DNA of 64,000 nt from Acidobacteriota bacterium (GCA_040005235.1 JBDTZG010000014.1:42206-106205); one strand, 5' to 3'; counted from the stretch's first letter, positions 1 through 12,100 are shown. Notes: a model not told the origin generated them from the sequence alone. Translations and numbers: made by a program.

Positions 1-4
1 AGCC

Positions 5-3000
5 TTGCTGGCTCTCTTCGGTTTCCACCACATCGTCGGCGATGGCTGGTCCATGGGATTGATGGTCCGCGAGATCGGGGCGCTCTACGCCGCCTTTTGC
101 CGCGGAAAAGGATCGCCGTTGACGGCTCTGCCGCTGAGCTATCGGGACTATGCGGCTTGGCAGCGGGAATGGCTGCGCGGGGAGGTGCTGGAGCGCGAGA
201 TCGCCGTTTGGCGAAGCCGCCTGAGCGGCGCTCCCGCGGTACTGGAGCTACCTGCGGATCGCCTTCGTGGCATTGCGGCCGGCTCCCGAGGAGCGGCGCT
301 CCCGTTCGTATTGGACGCCAAGGTCGGCGCGAGCCTTGCCGGCCTCGGGCGACGGGAAGGAGCGACGCTGTTCATGGCGCTCCTGGCCGGCTTTCAGACG
401 CTGCTTGCCCGCTACACCGGGGAGACCCGGATTCCGGTAGGCGTACCGGTGGCCGGTCGCCATCAAGTCGAGACCGAAGAGCTGATCGGGCTCTTCGTCA
501 ATACCCTCGTCCACTGCGGCAACCTCGACGAAGCCCCCACGTTCAGCGAGCTCCTCCAACGGGTCCGGAACGAAGCCCTGGAGGCGTGGGCGCACCAGCA
601 CCTGCCGTTCGAAAAACTTGTCAGCGCGCTCCAGCCCGAGAGGAACCTGGGCAGTACGCCGTTGTTCCAGGTTCTGTTCGCGCTGCAGAACGCCCCTCTC
701 CCCGAATTGGCGCTTCCCGGCCTGAGCGTGGAGCTCGTCGAAATACCTCGCGAATCCACCAAGTTCGATTTGAGTTTGGTGCTTGCCGAACGGCGCGGTG
801 AGATCGTGGGTTGGGTGGAATACAGCACCGACCTCTTCGACCGCGTGCGAATCGAACGATTGGCCGGGCATCTGCGCACGCTGTATCAGGCGGTTGGTTT
901 GGATGCGGGCAGGTCGGTGTCCGATCTTCCCTTGCTCGCTCCGGCGGAACGATCGCAGCTCGTCGACGAGTGGAACAACACCGGCGCGCCGGCCGGAGCG
1001 GACGGTCTACTGCATGCCCTGTTTGAAGATCAGGTTGCGCGGACACCGGAGGCCGTAGCTCTTGTATCCGGGCAGGAACGGCTCACCTATTCCGACCTCG
1101 ACGGACGAGCCGATCGTCTAGCGTCCTGGCTGCGGCGCCACGCCGTCGGCCCCGAGACCCGAGTTGCTGTTCTCCTCGAGCGAACGGTGGAGATGGTCGC
1201 AGCTCTCCTGGCGATCTTGAAAGCCGGCGGCGCTTACGTGCCTCTCGATCCGAGCTATCCGGATGAGCGGTTGGCAATGATGGCGGAGGATTCCGGGTTT
1301 ACTGCGGTGGTCACCCAAAGCTCTCTGGTGACGCGGCTCCCGAGGTCGGTCGCCGATCTTCCCGTCGCCCGAATCGATGCCGACCGTGAGGAGATCGACC
1401 GTGAATCGGGGCGGAATCGCATCTCCACCGTCGTGCCGCGGAATCTGGCTTACGTGATCTTCACCTCCGGCTCTACCGGCCGTCCGAAGGGGGTGGCCAT
1501 CGAGCACCGCAGCGCGGTGGCGATGGTGCATTGGGCGCGCGGCGTTTTCTCCGCCGGTGAGCTCGAGGGTGTTCTGGCTTCGACCTCGATTTCTTTTGAC
1601 CTTTCGGTGTTCGAAATCTTCGCCACCCTTTCCTGGGGAGGCAAGGTGGTCTTGGCGGGCAACGTCTTGGACCTGCCGCTTCTACCGGCCGCCGCCGAGG
1701 TTCGCCTGATCAATACCGTTCCTTCCGCCATTTCCGAGCTGCTTGCCGGCGGTGGCCTGCCGAAGTCGGTTCGCACGGTCAATCTCGCGGGAGAGGAGCT
1801 GCCTCTGCCTTTGGTCGACCGCCTTTTCGCCGCCGGCGTCGAGCGGGTCTATAACTTGTACGGGCCTTCCGAGGATACGACCTACTCCACCTTCGCCGGG
1901 ATGACCCCGGGCTCCTCCCAAGCACCCGCAATCGGGCGACCGATCATCGGCACGCAGAGCTACCTGCTGGATTCCGGCCTGCAGCCGGCTCCGCTGGGGG
2001 TTCTGGGCGAATTGTTCCTCGGTGGAGCGGGGCTTGCCCGGGGATATCTCGGGCGGCCGGACCTTACGGCTGCCCGCTTCCTGCCGGATCCTTTCGGATC
2101 GACGGCCGGCGGTCGGCTCTACCGTACCGGAGACCTCTGTGCCTACCGTGCCAACGGCAAACTTGAGTTCCGGGGGCGTACCGATCATCAGACCAAAATT
2201 CGTGGTTTCCGGATCGAGCTCGGCGAGATCGAATCGGTACTGCTGGCCCAGAGGGGCGTTCACGATTCCGTAGTAGTGGCCCGCGAGCACCCGGCCGGCG
2301 GCAAGCAACTGGTGGCGTATGTCGTCCTGAACCCGGAGGATGAGACCAGAGGCACAGCCGCGATGGACCGGCTTCGCCATTCGATCGAACGTTTCCTGCC
2401 GGCTCACATGGTGCCTTCTGCCTTCGTCAGCCTGCCACAGTTGCCGCGCACCCCGAACGGAAAGGTGAATCGCTCGGCACTTCCCATGCCCGAGCGAGGC
2501 TCGGCCGCCCGCGCATTCACGAAGCCCGCTTCGGCGGCTGAAGAGAGCATGACGCGGCTGTGGGCTGACTTGCTCAAGATTTCGCCGGTGGGAACCGAGG
2601 CCGACTTTTTCGATCTGGGAGGCCACTCGCTTCTCGCGGCGCGTCTGGTCCATAGGATTCGCGACGCCTTCGGCGTGGCCCTCCCCCTGCGGGCGGTGTT
2701 CGAAGCCCCGGTGCTCGCCGACCTCGTCGTGCAGGTCGAAGCGCTGCGCGGGCAAGGTGGGAAGGGGCCGGCCGTTCGCCTGCGGCAGCGAGATCGGGAG
2801 GGGACGGCCCCTCTCACTTTTGCCCAAGAGCGGCTTTGGTTCCTCGAACGATTCGATCAGGGGCGCTCCGCTTTGAACCTGCCGGTGGACCTGGAGATCC
2901 GCGGTTCGCTCCATTTCGTCGCCTTGAAGCGGAGCTTGTCGGAAGTGGTGCGTCGCCATGAAGTGCTGCGATCGGTGTTCCTGAATGTCGAGGGGAGCGG

Positions 3001-6000
3001 GTGTCAGAGAGTCATGGCTCCGGCGCCTCTGCTGTTGCCCCGGGTCGACCTGAAGGGATTGGCGCCGGACTTTCGCCAGGACGAGTGCTCCCGTCTGGTC
3101 TCCGGCGAGGCGCTACGGCCCTTCAATCTGGAAAAGGGTCCGCCGTTGCGCGCCCTGCTCGTTTCACTCGGCGGTCGGCTGCAAGTCTTGGGACTCACGC
3201 TTCACCATATCGTCGCCGACGGATGGTCCATCGGCACGCTGGTGCACGAGATGTCGGAGCTCTACCAGGCGTTTTCATCGGGCCGCGCCCTGCAGCTCCC
3301 CGAGTTGGCGGTGCAGTACGCGAGCTTTGCCGAGTGGCAGCGCTCCGAGGAATCCGCCGAGCTTTTTGGCCGACAGCTCGCTTATTGGCGAGAACGCCTT
3401 GGCGGGGCACCCCCGAGCGTCGACCTTCCGACGGACCGTTTGCGGCCTTCGGTCCAGACCTATCGCGGCGCGCGTTGCACTCTGGTCTTGGAGCGCGAGC
3501 TCGCCGAGGGGCTCATTGCGGTCGGTCAGGCGCGCCATGCGACCTTGTTCATGACCCTGCTCGCGGCGTGGAAGGTACTCCTTTTTCGTTTCAGCGGTCA
3601 GACCGACCTGGTTGTCGGGACTCCTTTTGCCGGCCGCGTCAGCGTCGATCTGGAAGGGCTGATCGGCCTGTTCCTCAACTCGCTCGCTCTGCGCACCGAC
3701 CTGTCGGGCAACCCTTCATTCAGCGAGCTTTTGGATCGGGTGCGCGAGACGGCTCTGGGTGCTTACGCCAACGAGGACGTTCCCTTTGAGAAGGTCCTTG
3801 CGGAGCTGCGGCCGGAGCGCGATCTGAGCCGCACTCCGATCTTCCAAATCTTGTTCAACATGCTCAATTTTGAGGTGGCGGAGGTTCGCCTGCCCGATTT
3901 GGAGTTGCGCCTTCTCGCGACGCCGGAGCTGCCTTCGAAATTCGATCTTACGGTTTACGCCGCGGAGCGACCGGAAGGGATTCTGCTCACCCTGGTCTAC
4001 AACGCGGACCTCTTCGACGGCCCCCGGATGACCGAGGCTCTGCGGCAGTTCCGGCTCCTCCTTTGCGGCATCGTCGCCGACCCGCAGATGCGGATCGATC
4101 GGTTTTCGCTGGTTAGCCAGGACGCAGCGGCGATTCTGCCGGATCCCCGGGCCACTCTGGACGCCACCTGGTACGGTCCGGTACACCAGGTCTTCAGCCG
4201 CCGGGCCGCAGACGTTCCGGATGCCGCGGCGATCCTCGATCCGCAGGGCACGATGAGCTACGGCGAGCTCGATCGGCGCAGCAACCGTTTGGCACGTTCC
4301 CTGGTCGAGGGCGGCCTCCGGACCGGCGACGCGGTGGCCGTCTACGCCCATCGTAGCTCGCCGATCGTGTGCGCGGTCCTGGCCATCATGAAGGCCGGTG
4401 GAGCGTTCGTAATTCTGGATCCGGCTTACCCGGCGCAGCGCATCATCGAGCTCATCGAAGTGGCCCAACCGCGCGCTTGGATGGAAATGACGGCCGCCGG
4501 CAACTTGGCGCCGGAGCTCGAGGAATATGTCTCCGCGAGATCCTGGTGTCCGAGGGTGCGGCTTCCCCCGGTGCGGGATACGACGCTCGCATGGGAGCAA
4601 GCATCGTCCGAGCCGCTACGGATCGAGGTGGGAAAAGACGACGTTGCCTATGTCGCCTTCACCTCGGGTTCTACCGGAATCCCCAAGGGTGTGCAGGGAC
4701 GCCATGGTTCTTTGTCTCACTTCGTGCCTTGGCAGCAAAGCCACTTCGGCCTGGACGCTTCCGATCGGTTCTGCATGCTTTCGGGGATCGCTCACGATCC
4801 TCTACAGCGGGACATTTTCACGCCGCTGCAAATCGGAGCTTCGATCGTCATTCCGGATCCCGGCGAAATGCTTGCTTCCGGCCGGCTTGCGGAGTGGCTG
4901 CAGCGCGAAGGAGTAACCGTCGCCCATCTCACCCCGGCCATGGGGCAGGTGATTGTCCAGGCAAAGGCGGGGACCGTTTTGGTTTCCTTGCGGTACTCGT
5001 TTCTGGTGGGTGACGTGTTGACCCGCCGAGACGCCGCACGGTTGCAGCACCTGGCCCCCCGGATGACCTGTGTCAACTACTTTGGCTCGACCGAGACCCA
5101 GCGTGCGGTGGGCTTTCACGTCGTTCCAAACGTGGTGGAAGCGAGCCTTGCGGGGGAAGTGAGCCAAGAGGTACTGCCTCTTGGGAGAGGTATCCGGGAC
5201 GTTCAACTCCTCGTGTTGAACGCCAACGACCAACTCGCGGGAATCAGCGAAGTCGGCGAGATCTGTGTGCGAAGTCCGCATCTGGCACGCGGCTACCTGG
5301 GCGATTCCGAGCTGACTTCGCGCAAGTTCGTCCCCAACCCTTTCACCGGTGCGTCCGAAGACCGCCTCTACCGCACCGGCGATCACGGCCGCTATCTGGC
5401 GGACGGAGAAGTTGGGTTCCTCGGTCGGGCCGATCAGCAGGTCAAGGTTCGAGGTTTCCGGGTCGAGCTCGGCGAGATCCAGGCGGTCCTTGGGCGTCAC
5501 TCCGGAGTCCGCGACGTAGTGGTGCTGCCGTGGAAGGACGGAACAGGGGCGACAAGATTGGCAGCCTACGCGGTGCCGAACCCGGGTGTCGATCTCGATA
5601 CCGGCGAGCTGCGGAGCTTTCTCCAGGACCGCTTGGCGGCGTACATGGTCCCCTCGGTCTTCCTGATTCTCGACCGCCTGCCGATGACCCCCAATGGCAA
5701 GCTCGACCGGCGCTCGCTTCCCGATCCTCTCACCGCACGACGTGGTGAGCAGGAGTATGTCCAACCGAGGACCCAAGTCGAGATGACGATCGCCGACATC
5801 TGGCGCAAGGTACTCGAGGTGGACAAGATCAGCGCTTTCGACAATTTCTTCGACCTTGGTGGTCACTCGTTGTTGCTTCTCCAGGCCCATAGCGAGCTGG
5901 AGAAGCGGCTGAGACTTCAGATCGCGGTGGTTGACCTTTTCAGGTACCCCACGGTCAACGCGCTGGCCAAGGCCTTGACCCAGGACCCGGGTCCTCCGGA

Positions 6001-6088
6001 CGAAACGCAACTCGATCGACGCGATCGAGCCACCCGCAGGTGGCAAGGGATCGAAGAACGCAAGAAAGGGCTAAGGCGGCAAAGATGA
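5..6088 (+). CDS. NRPS, 5'-truncated: (C)-A(Ala)-T-C-A(Aad/Glu-like)-T
   Basis: The frame is open from the window edge and begins inside a C domain (HHIVGDG at ~26). A1 has YVIFTSGSTGRPKG and code DLFNNALTYK (Ala). T has GGHS (~2620) and the second C has HHIVADG (~3203). A2 has LSGIAHDPLQRD (~4781) and code ~DPRHFVYRAK. The last T has GGHS (~5858). Confidence 0.95.
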   Translation: MLALFGFHHIVGDGWSMGLMVREIGALYAAFCRGKGSPLTALPLSYRDYAAWQREWLRGEVLEREIAVWRSRLSGAPAVLELPADRLRGIAAGSRGAALPFVLDAKVGASLAGLGRREGATLFMALLAGFQTLLARYTGETRIPVGVPVAGRHQVETEELIGLFVNTLVHCGNLDEAPTFSELLQRVRNEALEAWAHQHLPFEKLVSALQPERNLGSTPLFQVLFALQNAPLPELALPGLSVELVEIPRESTKFDLSLVLAERRGEIVGWVEYSTDLFDRVRIERLAGHLRTLYQAVGLDAGRSVSDLPLLAPAERSQLVDEWNNTGAPAGADGLLHALFEDQVARTPEAVALVSGQERLTYSDLDGRADRLASWLRRHAVGPETRVAVLLERTVEMVAALLAILKAGGAYVPLDPSYPDERLAMMAEDSGFTAVVTQSSLVTRLPRSVADLPVARIDADREEIDRESGRNRISTVVPRNLAYVIFTSGSTGRPKGVAIEHRSAVAMVHWARGVFSAGELEGVLASTSISFDLSVFEIFATLSWGGKVVLAGNVLDLPLLPAAAEVRLINTVPSAISELLAGGGLPKSVRTVNLAGEELPLPLVDRLFAAGVERVYNLYGPSEDTTYSTFAGMTPGSSQAPAIGRPIIGTQSYLLDSGLQPAPLGVLGELFLGGAGLARGYLGRPDLTAARFLPDPFGSTAGGRLYRTGDLCAYRANGKLEFRGRTDHQTKIRGFRIELGEIESVLLAQRGVHDSVVVAREHPAGGKQLVAYVVLNPEDETRGTAAMDRLRHSIERFLPAHMVPSAFVSLPQLPRTPNGKVNRSALPMPERGSAARAFTKPASAAEESMTRLWADLLKISPVGTEADFFDLGGHSLLAARLVHRIRDAFGVALPLRAVFEAPVLADLVVQVEALRGQGGKGPAVRLRQRDREGTAPLTFAQERLWFLERFDQGRSALNLPVDLEIRGSLHFVALKRSLSEVVRRHEVLRSVFLNVEGSGCQRVMAPAPLLLPRVDLKGLAPDFRQDECSRLVSGEALRPFNLEKGPPLRALLVSLGGRLQVLGLTLHHIVADGWSIGTLVHEMSELYQAFSSGRALQLPELAVQYASFAEWQRSEESAELFGRQLAYWRERLGGAPPSVDLPTDRLRPSVQTYRGARCTLVLERELAEGLIAVGQARHATLFMTLLAAWKVLLFRFSGQTDLVVGTPFAGRVSVDLEGLIGLFLNSLALRTDLSGNPSFSELLDRVRETALGAYANEDVPFEKVLAELRPERDLSRTPIFQILFNMLNFEVAEVRLPDLELRLLATPELPSKFDLTVYAAERPEGILLTLVYNADLFDGPRMTEALRQFRLLLCGIVADPQMRIDRFSLVSQDAAAILPDPRATLDATWYGPVHQVFSRRAADVPDAAAILDPQGTMSYGELDRRSNRLARSLVEGGLRTGDAVAVYAHRSSPIVCAVLAIMKAGGAFVILDPAYPAQRIIELIEVAQPRAWMEMTAAGNLAPELEEYVSARSWCPRVRLPPVRDTTLAWEQASSEPLRIEVGKDDVAYVAFTSGSTGIPKGVQGRHGSLSHFVPWQQSHFGLDASDRFCMLSGIAHDPLQRDIFTPLQIGASIVIPDPGEMLASGRLAEWLQREGVTVAHLTPAMGQVIVQAKAGTVLVSLRYSFLVGDVLTRRDAARLQHLAPRMTCVNYFGSTETQRAVGFHVVPNVVEASLAGEVSQEVLPLGRGIRDVQLLVLNANDQLAGISEVGEICVRSPHLARGYLGDSELTSRKFVPNPFTGASEDRLYRTGDHGRYLADGEVGFLGRADQQVKVRGFRVELGEIQAVLGRHSGVRDVVVLPWKDGTGATRLAAYAVPNPGVDLDTGELRSFLQDRLAAYMVPSVFLILDRLPMTPNGKLDRRSLPDPLTARRGEQEYVQPRTQVEMTIADIWRKVLEVDKISAFDNFFDLGGHSLLLLQAHSELEKRLRLQIAVVDLFRYPTVNALAKALTQDPGPPDETQLDRRDRATRRWQGIEERKKGLRRQR

Positions 6089-6090
6089 AG

Positions 6091-6096
6091 AAGGAG
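6091..6096 (+). promoter_or_regulatory. Shine-Dalgarno for the 6333-aa PKS/NRPS gene
   Basis: AAGGAG 7 nt upstream of GTG 6104, just after the stop of the previous gene. Confidence 0.7.
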
Positions 6097-6103
6097 CTCG
6101 TTC

Positions 6104-9100
6104 GTGGCTGAAACGGCGGTCGAGAAGGGAATTGCGATCATCGGCCTAGATGGCCGCTTCCCGGGTGCTCGAAACGCAGAAGAGTTGTGGCAGAACCTCT
6201 GCGAAGGTGTCGAATCGCTCTCCCGGTTCTCACAGGAAGAGCTGCGCGCGTCGAGCCCTGACGGGACGCGCCTGGAGGATCCGCGGTTGGTACCTGTTCG
6301 CGGTGTTCTTTCCGAGGTCGAGCTTTTCGACGCCGGCTTTTTCGGGATAAGTCCACGCGAGGCGGCCGCGACCGATCCGCAGCAGCGTGTCTTCATCGAA
6401 TGCGCCTGGACCGCGTTGGAGGACGCCGGCTACGACCCGGGCAACTGCGGAGGCCTTGTCGGCGTTTACGCAGGCTCCGCGCTCAGCTCCTACGCCTGGA
6501 ACAACCTGGGCTCGGACCCGGAGCTCCTGGCATCGCTGGGAGCCCTCCAGCTCGGCATTTTGAACGGCAAGGACCACCTGCCGACCCGAGTTTCCTACCT
6601 TTTGAATCTCACCGGTCCGAGCGTTGCGGTGCAGACGGCCTGCTCGACGTCCTTGGTGGCCGTACACATGGCCTGCCTTGCCTTGCTCAACTACGAGTGC
6701 GACATGGCGCTGGCGGGAGGCGTCAGCATCGCGGTGCCGCAAAAGGCAGGCTATCTGTTCGAAGAGGGGGGAATCTTGTCGCCGGACGGGCACTGTCGCG
6801 CTTTCGACGCCGCTGCCCATGGCACGGTGATGGGCGATGGCGTCGGCATCGTGGTGCTCAAGCGTCTCGATGAGGCAATGGCGGACGGCGACCGTATTCG
6901 CGGGGTGATCCTCGGTTCGGCAATCAACAATGACGGCGGAGGAAAGGTTGGCTACACCGCTCCGGGTTTGGAGGGTCAGGCGGAGGTCATCGCGGCGGCC
7001 CATGCGGTGGCGGGGATCGACGCAGGAACGATCAGCTATGTGGAGACGCACGGCACCGGCACCCCTTTGGGCGATCCGGTGGAGATTTCGGCCCTGACTC
7101 GCGCCTTCCGAATGAGCACGGACCGTATCGGTTCCTGTTCTATCGGTTCGCTCAAGACCAATATCGGGCACCTCAACACGGCGGCAGGTGTCGCCGGCTT
7201 GATCAAAGCGGTCCTTGCCCTCGAGCACAAGGCGATCCCACCGAGTTTGCACTTCGAGCGGCCCAATCCACGGATCCATTTTGACGACAGCCCCTTCTTC
7301 GTCAACACGCGTTTGACGGAATGGTCGGCCGACGGCGCGCCGCTCCGCGCGGGTGTCAGTTCGTTCGGCATTGGCGGAACCAACGCCCACGTCGTTCTTG
7401 AGGAAGCTCCGGTGCCGGAGGTGTCCGATGACGCGCGGCGCTGGCAATTGTTGGTGATCTCGGCCAAAACCGAGTCCGCCCTTGAAGCGGCGGCCCAGAA
7501 CTTGGCGGAGCACCTCGGCCGGCACCCTGACTTGAAGCTCGCGGACGCTGCCTTCACGTTGCAAGTCGGACGCAACCGCATGGAGCATCGCCAGATCTTG
7601 GTCTGCCGCGATGCCGCGGAAGCGATCCGCGAGCTGACGGCCGGCGAGGACTCGCGGGCCGTGCGGCTGCACGAAGCGGCTCGGGAGCGGCCGGTGGTTT
7701 TCCTCTTCCCGGGGCAAGGTTCACAGTACGTCGGCATGGGACGCGAGCTCTTCGAGCTCGAGCCTCTCTTTAGAGAGCAGGTTGATCTCTGCGCCTCTCA
7801 TCTTTTGCCGCACTTGGGATTCGACATTCGAACGCTCTTCGAGAGCTCAACCGAGGAGTCGCGGGCAGCGGAGGAGCGGCTTCAGGAAACCGCGGTAGCG
7901 CAACCGGCTCTGTTTGTCGTCGAATACTGCCTTGCCCGCCTGTTTGCCGAGTGGGGCATCGAGCCGGAGGCGATGATCGGGCATTCGATCGGGGAGTACG
8001 TCGCCGCCTGTCTTTCCGGGGTCATGAGCCTTCCTGACGCCCTACGTCTGGTGGCGGCCCGGGGTCGCCTCATGGGGGAGTTACCACCCGGCGGGATGAC
8101 CGCGGTTCACCTTTCTGAAGCCCAGGTTAGACATCTTCTACCTGCGGATTTGGAGATCGCGGCGGTCAATGGGCCGACGCTAGTCGTGGTGGCGGGAACC
8201 CTTACCGCCGTGGCGGCTTTTGAAGAAAAGCTGGCTGAGGACGGTGTCGAGCATCGACGGCTCAAGACCTCTCACGCTTTCCACTCCGCGATGATGGAGC
8301 CGATCTTGGAGCCCTTCGCCCGCGTGGTGGCCTCGATCGCGTTGCACGAACCGCAGCGGACCTTCATTTCAAATCTGACCGGACGACCGGCGACCGCCTC
8401 CGAAGTTACGGACCCCAACTATTGGGTCCGCCACTTGCGCGACGAAGTACGTTTCTCCGACGGTGTCGACGAGATATTCCGCGATCCAGGGCGGGTCTTC
8501 CTTGAGATCGGGCCAGGCCGAGCGCTGACCACGATCGTCCGGCAGAATCCTGGCGCGCAGGCCGGGATGACAATCCCCACCATGCGCCCGCAGTCTCGGG
8601 AAGGGTCGGACTTGGCTTGGGCGCTGGAGGCCCTGGGTCGCGCCTGGCTCGCGGGGGTGGCGATCGATTGGCGCGGTTTCCACCACCGCCATCGCCGCTT
8701 GCGGGTGGCGATGCCTGGTTATCCGTTCGAACGGCAACTGCATTGGATCGAGGCGCGTCCTCTCCGACCGTCCGGACCTCTCTCCGCAATTCCGGCAAGG
8801 AGCGCGGACCCCGCGGGCTGGTTCCATGCCCGGACTTGGCGGCGATCGGCAGGACAGGGCTCAGCCGCGACCGAACCGGGCGCCCTCCTACTGTGGGCCG
8901 CGCCCGGCGGTTTGGGCGGTGAAATCCACCGTGAGCTCACCTCGCGCGGCGTTGCGGTGGTGCTCGCCGAGCTTTCGGGCAGTCTGGAGCCTAGTTCCTT
9001 AACCGCCAGCCTTGCGGAAGAGGTCGCCCCACGACGTATCGCTCTGTTGGTGGAGCGTTGTACGCCGGGGCCGGAAGCAGCCGGGGCGCTCGCCCTCCTA

Positions 9101-12100
9101 CTCTCCTCCCTGGCCTCTCGTCCGGAAGGTCGCGATGATTCGCCGGAGCTGATCCTGGTCACCGAATGCGCCGAAGAGGTGGTTGGCAGCGAAGTGACGA
9201 ACGCGGTCCCTAACGACACCCTCGCCACCTTGATGGCAGAGGCCGCTCGGATGCCCGGTCTCCGCTGGCGCTGCGTGGACGTTGATGTCGAAGGAGAAAG
9301 CCCGCGGAGCGACAAGCTCGTCGACGAGTTGCTCGCGCCGGGACCGGCCGGCGTGGGGTCTGTGGTGGCCCTTCGAAACGGCTATCGATGGCTGCCGGCT
9401 TACGAGGTGGTTCACTTGGAGCATCGCGCGGGAGCCATTCGGCCCGGCGGTGGTTATCTGGTGGTGGGCCAGATAGGGGTGGCAAGCCAGTCCGTGCTCG
9501 CCGCGTTCGCGGAGGCGGGCGCACAGGCGCAGCTCATCCCGGCCGATCCGGCCGTAATCCTCGCATCTCCGGCGTTTGCATCCAATCTGCACGGAATCGT
9601 CGTCACGGGCGGTTGGGAGACTCCTGCAGACACTCTCGCGGCGCTCGACGTCGCCCTCGGCGGTCGCGCGCTGGATTTCCGGCTCGTCCTCGCCCCATTC
9701 GCTGCTGGGCAGGAGATCGAAATTGGCGAAACCGTCGCCGAACGGCGGCTTGCCGCAGCGGTTCGCGTCCGTGCCCAAGCCGGTGGTGTCCGCTGGCGGA
9801 TCGCCTCCTGGCGGATCACCTCGAGATCGGGTGATGACCAGGGGCTGACCCCGGGGGAGGCCGCGGAAGCCTTCCTGAGGCTCATCACGTGGCAGGGAGA
9901 GGCTCACCTCGTCGTGGCGCCCGTCGACCCTTCGGTTGCGGTACCCGTCGCCGAACCGCTCTCGTTCGCGGCAGAGCTTAAGCCAACAGGCAAGGGCGGG
10001 TATGTGGCGCCGCGCAACGCGGTAGAACGCGATTTGGCTGCGATCTGGGAGCACTTCCTGGGGATCGCTGCCGTGGGCGTTTTCGACAGTTTTCTCGAGC
10101 TCGGCGGACACTCCTTGCTGGCGACGCGCGTGACTGCGCGGATGCGCGAGGTCTTCGGGGTCGAACTGCCGCTCAGCAGCCTCTTCGAGAGCCCCCACTT
10201 GGCCGCGCTGGCCGTCGAAATCGGTGCGCGCCGAGAATCTCTGGGTGAGCCGTCGTCTGCTGCGCAGAGTCCGGCTTTTCACGCGATTGCCGCCCCGGCG
10301 GATCGTTATGATCCGTTTCCCCTTACCGAGGTGCAGCAAGCTTACTGGATCGGGCGTAGCGCCGGATTTGAGCTGGGGAATGTGGCAGCGCACAGCTACC
10401 TTGAGGCGGAGACTCGGAATCTCGATCTCTCGCGGCTTGAGGCGGCGCTCGATCGGCTCGTAAACCGCCACGAAATGTTGCGGGCGGTCGTAACACGCGA
10501 TGGTCAGCAGCGAATTTTGGCTGAGGTTCCGACTTATCGCATTGAAGTCGATGATCTTCGGGGTATGGCCCCAGAGGCTGCGGAAGCGGTCCTCAAGGAG
10601 ACGCGAGCTCGCCTGGCGCAAGAGGTCGTACCGACCGACCGCTGGCCGCTTTTCGCCGTGCGCGCCTCGCTCCTGGATTCGGGCGCAACTCGCCTGCACA
10701 TCCGACTCGATTACCTGATCGCCGACGCTTGGAGCGCTCGGACTTTGGCACGCGATGTCGGAGCTTTCTACGCCGATCCGACGATTTTCCTGCCGAACCT
10801 CGAGGTCTCGTTCCGAGATTATGTCCTTTGGCTGGAATCCCTGCGCGAAACCGAAGAGCATCGACGAGCCCTCGCCTACTGGCAGGGACGGCTGGAAAAT
10901 CTTCCTCCGGCACCGGATCTACCTCTCGCGGTGAGTCCAACCACCCTGCTGAAGCCGCGCTTCGAGCGTCGGCGCGCCGCCCTGCCGGCCTTCCATTGGG
11001 GGGAGCTCAAGCGCCGCTTCGCACAGGCGGACCTCGCGCCTTCCGCAGCGCTGGCGGCGGTATTTGCAGAGATTCTCACCGGTTGGAGCAAGAGTCCTCG
11101 TTTCACCATCAATCTGACGCTGTTCAATCGTCGGCCGGTGCATGCCCAAGTTGGGGAGTTGGTCGGCGATTTTACCTCTCTCACCTTGTTGGCGGTGGAG
11201 AGCGAACCAGGCGGCGGATTCCTGTCACGAGCCCGCGCCTTACAGCGGCAACTGTGGCGGGACCTTGACCACCAATCGGTGAGCGCCGTTCAGGTGTTAC
11301 GCGACCTTTCCCGAGAACGCGGCGAGCTGGCGCGAGGATCGATGCCGGTCGTCTTTACCAGCACTTTGAGCATGACCACCGGCACTTCCGCGGCTGAGAC
11401 GGAGGCGAGCGTTGCCGACCCTGTCCAGGTGGTCTACAGCCTCAACCAGGGACCGCAGGTCTGGATCGACCATCAGGTCTCGGAGCGTCAAGGGGAGCTC
11501 GTTTTCAATTGGGATGTCGTGGAGGGCCTTTTCCCACCGGGGCTGATCGACGCGATGTTCGAGGCCTATCGTGCGCTTTTGGAGACGCTCGCCCAGGCCG
11601 ATGAAGCTTGGGGGGTTGTCCCGTTGCCCTTGGTGTCAACCGCCCAGCTCGAACAGCGTGCTGCGGTAAATGCCACCGAGGCACCCGTCACCGACGATCT
11701 CCTTCACACCTTGTTCCGCGCGCAGGCAGCCCGTCGGCCCGAGGCGACGGCGGTAGTCGCCGGAGATCGCCGATTGACCTATGGCGAGCTCGCCGCACGT
11801 GCCGGCTGGCTAGGCCGTCGGCTGCGAGATTTGGGAGCACGGCCCAACACGCTGATTGCGGTGGCGATGGAAAAGGGTTGGGAACAGGTGGCTGCGGTGC
11901 TCGGCGTGCTCGAGGCCGGTGCCGCCTATCTGCCGGTCGATCCGTCGCTGCCCTCCGACCGGCTGGGATATCTGCTCGCCCATGGTGAGGTTCGAATCGC
12001 CCTCACGCAGTCCTGGCTGGAACATCGTCTCGACTGGCCACCCGGAATCGTGCGCATCTGCGTCGACCGTGAGCCCGCGAAAGAGGGACTCGAACCGCTG

